Source of the DNA: Macrostomum lignano
Taxonomy: Eukaryota
Length of the DNA: 46,558 nt
Direction: 5' to 3'
Assembly (NCBI GenBank): GCA_002269645.1
Contig: NIVC01004422.1
Coordinates: 1-46,558, forward strand
Made by a program: the position numbers and the translations under genes. Each line of letters starts with the position of its first letter. Position 1 is the first letter of the stretch. The notes under the pieces are model-generated. The model worked only from the letters and a program-made list of their open reading frames with translations. It did no database searches and had not been told where the DNA came from. Below, piece after piece: positions 36,237-46,558 of the stretch.

Positions 36237-36422
36237 TATCGCCGAGTTTTTAGTTGCCAACATTCTTAATTTCTCACTCCCTGACAGTGCTTTTCTACTG
36301 ACTGAATCCGCAGAATCATATTCTGTCTTTAAAATAGAAATAATCACATAATTAATAGCTAAAATCTGTATTTGTATCAGTTTTAGTCAATATTTTTGTC
36401 AGGAGGGGCATCTCTGAAGGTT

Positions 36423-36635
36423 CATAGTGGCCATGCAAATTAACAATATTCTCATAGTGGCCAATTAACAATATTCTCATAGTGGCCAATTAACAATATT
36501 CTCATAGTGGCCAATTAACAATATTCTCATAGTGGCCAATTAACAATATTCTCATAGTGGCCAATTAACAATATTCTCATAGTGGCCAATTAAAAATATT
36601 CTCATAGTGGCCAATTAACAATATTCTCATAGTGG
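36423..36635. repeat. 25-bp minisatellite ATAGTGGCCAATTAACAATATTCTC (~8 copies)
   Basis: Directly visible. Confidence 0.93.
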
Positions 36636-36655
36636 TTCCCTTTTTGCAGGTCTAG

Positions 36656-37099
36656 AAGGGCGTCGCCATGGATTTTATGGCGCCGCAGGCACTCATTTTG
36701 GCGCCACATGCACTCATTTTAGCGCCGCAGGCACTCATTTTGTCACCACAGGCACTCATTTTGTCGCCGCAGGCACTCATTTTGGCGCCACATGCACTCA
36801 TTTTGGCGCCACATGCACTCATTTTGTCGCCGCAGGCACTCATTTTGGCGCCGCGGGCATTACTTTTGGCGCCACAGGCACTCATTTTGGCGCCACTTGC
36901 ACTTATTTTAGCGCCACATGCACTCAGTTTAGCGCCTTAGGCGCCATATTTTGGCGCCCTAAAGAAAAATAATTGATTACCACAGCGAGTCAAAAGGTTG
37001 GGTGGGGGGGGGGACAAAGCATTGGCATGTCCCCCCATAGCTTTTACTCGGGGGGGGGGGGGGTCTCCCCCCCCCCCCCCCCCGGTGGCGACGCGCCTG
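36656..37099. mobile_element. Candidate hAT-like MITE containing a 21-bp GGCGCC...GCACTCATTTT array (~14 copies, 36678-36960) and a G-run/C-run foldback
   Basis: The ends share GCGTCGCCA in inverted orientation (36660-36668 and 37086-37094). The flanking 8-mers AGGTCTAG and CAGCCTAG are only partly matching. The array itself is certain; the element boundary is inferred. Confidence 0.45.
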
Positions 37100-37754
37100 C
37101 AGCCTAGCATCCGATACCTGCTTTTCTTCACCCCTGAAACACCAAGTTTTTGTTTTTGGGTCATGTATAAGTCATTAGTATTGTTCGTGAGGTTCATATT
37201 CGAAAGTGAGCGCTAGTCAAGTACGTAGCAATTATAAGATAGCTTCACTTTCGTCAAGCCGTAGTTTTGTGTAATTTACATGTGGAGCTTTCTAAAAAGT
37301 ATTTATCGCTTCCAATTAATAATCTTCTGAAGGCCTCAGTGAAGTCAAATTTGCATGGGTTCACACATTTCAGCCGTTTAAACTTGATCCAACTCTTTAC
37401 TGTGTCGTACATGCAATTACCCAATTATACCTTTTAGCATTCTATTTGATTTTTCTTCATTCAAGTTGGTGCGCGGCCTGGCAGCTTAGCAGAGAGTTCC
37501 CACAGAAAAACCATAGAAAAGCAGACAACAAAGATCAAGAGTTGGAATGTGCCGAAATTAAAGAATAGAGCAGAGAGAACCTGAACAGTAAAATCAGTCT
37601 GGCGGACAGAGGGAGAACAGTATATATGAGCGGTGGTTTGGAGTTTAATGTCCGTGAAATAGGCCAGATTGATAGGGAAAAATATATTACCTGCTGAACC
37701 ACTTTTAAGTCCATTTTCCTAGAGGTTGTGAAGCAGGCGCTTTCAGATATATAA

Positions 37755-38258
<504 letters not shown>

Positions 38259-38289
38259 TAACGCATCACAGATGTGGCAATCAATCTGA

Positions 38290-38613
<324 letters not shown>

Positions 38614-39310
38614 TAAGTGACAAATAAGTACAAAAGTCTATTTTTGGTGCTCATGGAGTTTGAATGCGCGATCTGCACCCAGAAACAGTTTCTTGATTTC
38701 TTTAGGCTTGCAGAATAATTTTGTGAGTGTTGAATCATGTAGACAACTGAATTTGGCAGGTCTCATAACAGTCTTATGTCATGTTTTTTTACTTTGAATG
38801 TCGAGTGCTTTTTAGAATTAACAATGGAAACTTTGTTGAATAATCTGTATTTGTGTAGCTCACTATCGTTCACACTGCATTGGCTGAGTCCTGATTCTAC
38901 AGTAGCAAACAGCATATTGCTGCCAAAGTACGTTCGAAACAGGCTACTTTGGATAGCGCATTCAAGTAGTCGCGGTTATTCAAAGGAAATGTTTTCAGAA
39001 CAAAAGCTATAAATTTTGCAGAGAGTAAAACGTCTTTTGGTATTACAAGCCTGCATGGTAATGAGTTGATATGGTCCACAGATCGTAAATACATGTTGCA
39101 GTAAGCCTTCCGAGGCGTAATTTGCAACCACTCCAATGGACACACGAGTTAAGAAGGATTCTCGTGCCTCTTAAAGCACCGCCATTACACAATTGTGCCT
39201 TCAATTTTTTACAATTAGATGTTCTCTAGGGACAAACTCCGCCTCTACTTCGACACTCAATTCATGCGCGAGCCAAATCTTCATGATGGAGTTACGAGGG
39301 GTATTTGTGA

Positions 39311-39705
39311 TAGTTCGGGTTTGTGACAATTCGGGTTTGTGATATTTCGGGTTTGTGATAATTCGGGTTTGTGATAATTCAGGTTTGTGATATTTTGGGT
39401 ATAAGATATTTCGGGTTTGTGACAATTCGGGTTTGTGATATTTCGGGTTTGTGATAATTCGGGTTTGTGATAATTCAGGTTTGTGATATTTTGGGTATAA
39501 GATATTTCGGGTTTGTGACAATTCGGGTTTGTGATATTTCGGGTTTGTGATATTTCGGGTTTGTGATAATTCAGGTTTGTGCTAATTCGGGTTTGTGATA
39601 TTTCGGGCTTATGTTAATTCGGGTTTGTAATATTTCGGGTTTGTGATATTTCGGATTTGTGATGGGAAGTGCTTTCGGAGCTGTGACTTTTCGGGTTTGT
39701 GATGC
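39311..39705. repeat. 16-bp minisatellite T(A/T)TTCGGGTTTGTGA(T/C)
   Basis: Directly visible tandem units. Confidence 0.9.
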
Positions 39706-40104
39706 CTCCCGTATAGTTGTCTGAAACTGATTCAATTTTGACAAAAGCTGAATTTTCAACTTTGTCAGGTCCCACTTCTACGAGCCTATATGGACTATCT
39801 GAATTCAATCGTAGCTCAAGTCGTTCATTTTCAAATTTTTAACCTCGTTGGCCTTGCTCGGAGACCGGCCAATTGAGCGGCGCATCCAGGTGCTGATTTC
39901 AGAATTATCAATAGAGATCTTCTCCATCTCCATGGTCTCTTCAGACCATTTAGTCTATGGCAAAAGCTCCCGATGGTCTGTGCACAGCTGGCAAAAGTCT
40001 GCCAAAATTGAATGCAGACTGTCAATATAGAAGTGGAACAGACAAAACAGAATCAGATTTTTTGAATAATTAAAATTAATTTATTAACTACTTAAAAAGA
40101 ATAG

Positions 40105-40436
40105 TAAGAATATTATTAATAATAGCAATAATAATATTAATTGATTACACTTGCCCCAATTGGGCCAGATGTGCAACCGACAGCTCAGCCGCAGCTATTG
40201 CGCGGAGCATCTGAAGGCTGCTTACGGCTGTTCAGTCCAAGGACTGGAGGGTCGCCAAACTCACCCTCAATTACCCCAGCTAATGCTGGTGCCCATTTTA
40301 CAGCTGGGTGAACTGAAGCAATGCAGGGGTAATTGTCTTCTTGCTCAAAGACACAAATTGTTCCAGTGGGATCGGGAATCGAATCCCGGACCTTCAAAAA
40401 GTCGTGAGTCCGACGCTCGAACCACTGAGCTGAACC
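40105..40436 (-). mobile_element. tRNA-derived CORE-type SINE
   Basis: The minus strand shows an A-box-like GCTCAGTGGTTCGAGCG and a B-box-like GGGATTCGATTCCC. Next is TTTGAGCAAG...CTTCAGTTCACCCAGCTGTAAAATGGG, resembling the MIR CORE (CTTGGGCAAG...CTCAGTTTCCTCATCTGTAAAATGGG). It ends in an (ATT)n-rich tail. Confidence 0.7.
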
Positions 40437-41405
40437 CCCCTTGTCACTATAGAAGGCTCAGCTGCTCAAACTGAGGGTAAATTGTGTACATTTACGAGAT
40501 AAAAAAGCATTCGGAATAGCAACACCAGCCGTACTCAGAAATCTTGAGTTTATTTGGCAATAATTTAAACTTGACAGACAGACTCAATGGAACGCTTTTA
40601 TTAGGAATCAGAGAAGAAGCGATGTCTCAGCTGCGGAGGTTCTTGCAAATGACTTCGTTATTAAAAAAAGCTGGAAAGGTGAGAGCAGAAGTCACTTGGA
40701 GAACTTGGGATTAAAACAATAAAACAATATAGTAACTGGTCTCTGAGTGTTTGCAGATGAAAGTAATCAAGAAGCGCGTGGGGGTCAAATACAGCAAAGA
40801 TGGACTATGCAAGACTAAGCTGGAGCTCAAATATATGCTTGAACTCGCTGACTAAACGGACAGAGGGGATAAACATGGGGCTGAAACCGGATTAACAAAG
40901 AGGCGTAAAACAGCTGGGAGCTTTTTGTAAGCGGCAAACACAAAAGGCATGCAATGGAGTTAGTTGTACATGCAGCATTGTTAAATAGACCCTTCAAATA
41001 CTTGACATTTTTCTCAAATTTGTGTACTGGATTTATGTAGCGGGTGGCAAGTGGACCCGATAACCAAGAGCCATGGAGTGGGCGGCCCCTCCCACCTGTA
41101 GCAGAGCAATGGGCCCGTCCGATTCACTAGATTGCAAACAATTACAAATCAAAATCACTCTTGCCAGGAAAATTCGGCATTTTTTAAAAATTTAGATGCA
41201 GAGCTAAAAAGCAGTTGAAATAAACAGCAAATCGAGCAGGACAACCAGTGCGGTCCTGTCGACACCAAGGCGAGTTCGGCAGGCTCAAAAACTGAAAAGC
41301 TAAAACTAGTGAAAAAGGCCGGTCTCGTGAACAAAGCACAAAGACCAGAGGAAGACCCTTCGGAAAAACTGCTTCAGAATCGAATGCTGTTTAAAATAAT
41401 GCTCA

Positions 41406-41978
41406 TCAGTGCTCCTTCTCGCCCAGCATAGTCTTGATGTCGTGCTCGTAAATGGCGATGAGGAACATGACGACCACTCCGGTCAGGATGCCGGCGTTTT
41501 GCAGGATGAAGTGGGCGATGCGGGACTCGCCGGGCCGCACGTTCACAAGGTTGAGCTCAGGCAGCTGCGGATGAGTTCGAGAGAAAATAGCCGCTATTGG
41601 AGTTGGGCCATTCGGAAAATTCTCCCCCGGACAATTTAATGATCGCGGCTCGTCCACGAGACCGGATGTGCGAGACAGGAAGCCGGCTGGGTCTGTGTGT
41701 GTGTGTGTGTGTGTGCGTGTGTGTGTGTGTGTGAGTGAGTGAGTGAGTTATTGAGTGAGTTAGTGAGTGGGTGAGTGAGTGAGTTAGTGAGTGAGTAAGT
41801 GAGTGAGTTAGTGAGTGGGTGAGTGAGTGAGTTAGTGAGTGAGTTAGTGAGTGAGTGAGTGAGTGAGTGAGTGAGTAAGTGAGTGAGTGAGTGAGTGAGT
41901 GAGTGAGTGAGTAAGTGATTGAGTGAGTGAGTGAGTGAGTGAGTGAGTGAGTGAGTGAGTGAGTAAGTGATTGAGTGA

Positions 41979-42013
<35 letters not shown>

Positions 42014-45000
42014 GGTGTGTGTCTAGAAAGTTGTTCACGGGTCAACTGCAGCTGTTTTATTGATGAAGCAGCGCTGCCCCAGCTGCCGCCGGTGACCCAG
42101 AATGATGGGCAGGATTATTTGTGAGTCTGGTCTGGCTGTGGGTGTGAACTGTGTCTCGCGCAACTTTGCTAACATGAAGCAACACTTCAAAACAGTGTTG
42201 GGAGCAAACCACCAGCTCAATGCCAGAACGAAAGAGATTTCCCAATTATGAGTAAGCAGCATTTTCTCACATTAGTGGTCCAGCATCTCCGCGCTCTTTA
42301 TTTGGCCTTCTTACTTATTCGAAAGTGTGAAAGATCGTGCCCAAATTAGTAGCTCGTAACATGGCTACTCTGATCACAAGATTTCAGACTCCGGGCCTCA
42401 GTCCCGCTCCTCACCATGTCCACCAGCGAGATGTAGATGAAGATGCCGCCGGTGATGGCGAAGATCCAGTAGCTCGCGCTGGTCACCGTGCCGATGTTCA
42501 CCCCTATGGCCATCCCGACTGCGGCCAGCACAGAGGACACGATGTTGTAGAACAGCGCCTGCTTCACAGCCATCCCGGTCTTCAGCAGAACGGCGAAATC
42601 GCCTGAGAATTTTTGCGAGGTTTTGAGCTTTTTCAGCGACTACATTGCTGCCTTCTTCTGCAAACTTCACCCATCACCCATCACATCGTTTGACCTTTTA
42701 AGCTCCTTTCACTAATAACCCTACACGCCTTTCACCCCTCGCAGCCTGCAACTCTTAGCAGTTCCCTCCTTCAACCTTCACCGCCCGCTCACCCAGCTCG
42801 TGCGGCAGCTCGTGGCAGAACACGGCGATGCTGGTGGAGATGCCGCCCGTGATGCTCTGGGCGAAGGCCGCCCCGATGGCCAGGCCGTCGGTGAAGTTGT
42901 GCAACCCGTCGCCAAGGATCACCATCCAGGCCACAGAGGCCAGGGACCGCGGAATCTCCCCGCCGTGGCTGTGTCCATGGCCGCTGGCAGCGGCTGCCTC
43001 GCTGTGACCCGCCGGCTCCTTGGCCTCGTCCTGGCCTGCCTGACGAGCCGTCTGGCCCGCACGACGAGGCAAATTTCGCCACCGCCGCCACCGCCCCGCC
43101 GCCGCCGTTGCCGCCGCCGTCAGGAGGCTTCAGGTGGCTGTCGGCGTTGACCTCCGGCTCCGCGGCGTTGTTGAACCGGATCGGCGGCGGCTCGTGCGAC
43201 TTGCGCCGGTAGGGCCGGTAGCGCTGCTTCACGGGCGTCGCCTCCGGCGAAGCTCCCCCCTGCTGGTCTGAGGGCGGCCCGCCGCCGTCCTCGAGTCGCT
43301 GTACTCAAGGTAGCTGCGGAAGTTGTCGATACTGCGCATGGCTGCAGCAGGGGGTCGGGTGGACCAGTCATCCTCTGCAGACACCCCGAATCGGCCACCT
43401 CACTCCCTAGCCTGCCAGGTCACTCGTTGACCTCCACCTTGTTCCCCACCGCCTCTCCCTAAACCCACCGCCTCTCCCTAAACCCACCTCGTCTCCCTAA
43501 ACCACCTCCTCTCCCTAAGCCCACCGCCTCTCCCTAAACCCACCTCCTCTCCCTAAACCCACCGCCTCTCCCTAAACCCACCGCCTCTCCCTAAACCCAC
43601 CGCCTCTCCCTAAACCCACCTCCTCTCCCTAAACCCACCTCCTCTCCCTAAGCCCACCGCCTCTCCCTAAACCCACTTCCTCTCCCTAAACCCACCTCCT
43701 CTCCCTAAGCCCACCGCCTCTCCCTAAACCCACCTCCTCTCCCTAAACCCACCGCCTCTCCCTAAACCCACCGCCTCTCCCTAAACCCACCGCCTCTCCC
43801 TAAACCCACCGCCTCTCCTAAACCCACCTCCTCTCCCTAAGCCCACCTCCTCTCCCTAAACCCACCGCCTCTCCCTAAACCCACCGCCTCTCCCTAAACC
43901 CACCTCCTCTCCCTAAACCCACCTCCTCTCCCTAAGCCCACCTCCTCTCCCTAAACCACCGCCTCTCCCTAAACCCACCGCCTCTCCCTAAACCCACCTC
44001 CTCTCCCTAAGCCACCGCCTCTCCCTAAACCCACCTCCTCTCCCTAAACCCACCTCCTCTCCCTAAGCCCACCGCCTCTCCCTAAACCCACCTCCTCTCC
44101 CTAAACCCACCGCCTCTCCCTAAACCCACCGCCTCTCCCTAAACCCAACGCCTCTCCCTAAACCCGCCTCTCCCTAAACCCACCTCCTCTCTCTAAACCA
44201 CCACCGCCTCTCCCTAAACCCACCGCCTCTCCCTAAACCCACCGCCTCTCCCTAAACCCAACTCCTCTCCCTAAACCCACCTCCTCTCCCTAAGCCCACC
44301 TCCTCTCCCTAAGCCCACCGCCTCTCCCTAAACCCACCTCCTCTCCCTAAACCCACAGCTTCTCCCTTCCCTAAACCCACAGCTTCTCTCTTCCCTAAAC
44401 CCACAGCTTCCCCTTCCTAAACCCACAGCTTCTCTCTTCCCTAAACCCACAGCTTCCCTTCCCTAAACCCACAGCTTCCCTTCCCTAAACCCACAGCTTC
44501 CCATTTCCTAAACCCACAGCTTCCCATTTCCTAAACCCACAGCTTCCCTTTCCATATACCAGCAGCTTCTCCCTTCCTAAAACCAACGCCCTTGCTCAGG
44601 CAGCAGGCTCGTAGTCACTGCAATGTCCGGCCGATCCCTGGTTTGAGTTCAGTTCGGCGCCACTTTACTGGCCCCTCGCCATTCATTTTTCAAAACTGCA
44701 TGCAGCAGCGCACAGCGAAGCCTCTCCGGTCGGTAGGACCGGAAAAGCGATTTTTTGTTTAAACTGCCGACTGGAAAAAGTTGCCAAGCATCGCTTGTTG
44801 CAAAAGCAATTAGAGAGAGTTGTTGCACGCAGTAATTGCTGAAATCCTGTGACATTGGAACCGCCTGCCAACTTCCGCTGACGAGATCTGCGCATTGCCC
44901 ATCGGCCCCGCCTGCGCATTCTCACCCTTGCTGCTCAACCCGGTGGGATGATGTCCTCGCAGGACTTGTCACCGTAGAGCCGGGACGCCCTGCGCTTCTG

Positions 45001-45077
45001 CCGCTCCAGGGTGGACATTCGATTGGGTGGCCCTCCTCCTGCTCCTTGCGCTCCTCCTCGCGGGGGTGGAGGAGCTG
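41406..45077 (-). CDS. ZIP/SLC39A zinc transporter, LIV-1 subfamily (ZIP6/ZIP10/foi-like), 3' part; several 1-nt indels in the loop exons
   Basis: Exons 44926-~45077, 42793-43341, 42415-42602 and 41406-41564 (stop TGA 41406-41408). Motifs [41 protein letters not shown]|[28 protein letters not shown]|LPEL and [12 protein letters not shown]. 5' exons were not located. Confidence 0.92.
41694..42020. repeat. Compound (GT)n-(GAGT)n-(GT)n microsatellite in the last ZIP intron
   Basis: Directly visible. Confidence 0.95.
43447..44555. repeat. 19-bp C-rich minisatellite (G/T)CCTCTCCCTAAACCCACC, switching to a CTTCCC...CTAAACCCACAG variant at ~44345; in a ZIP intron
   Basis: Directly visible. Confidence 0.95.
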
Positions 45078-45094
45078 CTGAGTCTTGGTCAGGG

Positions 45095-45620
45095 ATCCGC
45101 GATGGTCGGATCTTTAGATCCGGCATGATCGGGTCTCTAGATCTGGCATGATCGAGTCTTTAGATCCCGGATGGTCAGGTCTCTAGATCAGGCATTATCG
45201 GGTCTCTAGATTTGCATGATTAGGTCTCTAAATCAGGCATGATCGGGTCCCTAGATCCGCGATGGTCGGGTCTCTAGATCCGGCATGATTTGGTCTCTAG
45301 ATCCGGGATGGTCGGGTCTCTAGATCCGGGATGGTCGGTCTCTAGATCTGGGATGGTCGGGTCTCTAGATCTGGGATGGTCGAGTCTCTAGATCCGGGAT
45401 GGTCGGGTCTCTAGATTCGGCATGATTGGGTTCTATAGATGCGGGATGGTCGGGTCTTTAGATTTGGGATTGGTTAGTCTTTGATTTGGGATGGTTGGTC
45501 TCTAGATCCGGCATGATTTGGTCTCTAGATTTGGGATGGTTGGGTCTCTAGATCCGGCATGATTTGGTTTCTATAGATCCGGGATGTTCGGGTATGTAGA
45601 TTTGGGATAACCGGGTCTCT
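45095..45620. repeat. 23-bp minisatellite ATCCGGGATGGTCGGGTCTCTAG (~22 copies)
   Basis: Directly visible. Confidence 0.92.
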
Positions 45621-46256
45621 TGGCTGATTTCAATCCTTGAGATTTCAGTATATCTCTTAACGATTTCGAGTTGTTCGTTCAACGAACAGAAACAACTCAA
45701 TTCAGCTTTTGACAGTTTATTACACAACGGTTCTCTATGCTTTCCAGATAACCTGTATTAAAATTCGAAAAGTCATGTTCACTGAGCACAGAGCATTGGA
45801 AGCAATTTTTATTGCAATACTTCTTTTCTAACCCTCTTCTCTGCCGGTATCTCAGACGTTGCCCCCCCCCCCCGGTCGCGTCATCGATCTGGCCGGTGTG
45901 GCTGGCCTGTCGCTTCCCCCCGCAACCCCGACCTCAGCCTCACGGCCTGTCGAAGGCGGTGACATCGGTGAAACTCAATGCAAACAGACTGAAGCCTGAG
46001 AGGTGCCTGCGGGGCACTGCAGTCCCGCTGTCCCCATCCCTACCCCCCCCTGGACTGAGCGACCCAAGCGTGGCGAGTACATTTCGAGTCGAGCTTTTGA
46101 GAAGCCGCTCAGCTGATTCTGTCGGACAGACGGGCAGAAGTTCGAAGCTCGCCTGTGTGCAGGCAGGCTGGGCGGGGGCGGGAAGACCCTCACGCTCAGT
46201 CCATGTCTCCAGCCCTCTAGGACTTCGGCGACATTCACAACTGCTATGATCTGACT

Positions 46257-46540
46257 AGTGATGCTGCTGTGCCACTTGATAGTGATGCTGTGCCACTTGA
46301 GAGTGATGCTGCTGTGCCACTTGATAGTGATGCTGTGCCACTTGAGAGTGATGCTGCTGTGCCACTTGATAGTGATGCTGTGCCACTTGATAGTGATGCT
46401 GTGCCACTTGAGAGTGATGCTGCTATGCCACTTGATAGTGATGCTGTGCCACTTGAGATTGATGATGCTGTGCCACTTGAGAGTGATACTGCTGTGCCAC
46501 TTGAGAGTGATGATGCTGTGCCACTTGAGAGTAATGATGC
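46257..46540. repeat. 21/24-bp minisatellite GTGATGCTG(CTG)TGCCACTTGA(T/G)A
   Basis: Directly visible at the window end. Confidence 0.92.
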
Positions 46541-46558
46541 TGAGTTCCTGGCATTAGC

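Noticed and set aside
41406-43000. Functional linkage of the ZIP transporter to the GT cluster as a Mn2+ supplier
   Set aside because: TM5 is CHELPHE (ZIP6/10 zinc type), not the EEFPHE of the Mn-transporting ZIP8/14. Adjacency in a eukaryote implies little.
43447-44345. Plant-type telomere (TTTAGGG) array or contamination
   Set aside because: CCCTAAA is only part of a 19-bp unit and is not tandem. It sits in a correctly phased intron of an animal-type gene.

Overview
Eukaryotic (animal, probably invertebrate) genomic DNA: GT-AG introns, TTAGGG repeats, a CORE-type SINE and GC-rich exons in a minisatellite-rich background. The style recalls flatworm or lophotrochozoan assemblies such as Macrostomum, but that is an impression only. 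The gene content is a tandem cluster of four head-to-tail, 4-exon type II membrane glycosyltransferase genes (GT32 / Gly_transf_sug, DxD motif, resembling fungal SUR1/CSH1 and bacterial OCH1-like enzymes more than A4GALT). All four were reconstructed by hand with conserved intron phases 0/1/1 and a 375-nt exon 3. Copy 4 carries a premature TGA. A LIV-1 subfamily ZIP (SLC39A6/10/foi-like) transporter gene lies convergently on the minus strand, with apparent homopolymer indel errors. Intron 3 of GT copy 1 is inflated to 11.5 kb by two head-to-tail non-autonomous Helitrons (TC...hairpin-CTAG|TC...hairpin-CTAG). They share a 5' arm but each carries different, large internal satellite arrays. Other elements are a deleted LINE abutting a decayed Gypsy RT, a deleted Tc1 with TIRs, MITEs, a SINE and many minisatellites. 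The very long ORFs in the track (582, 489, 889 aa) are satellite artefacts.
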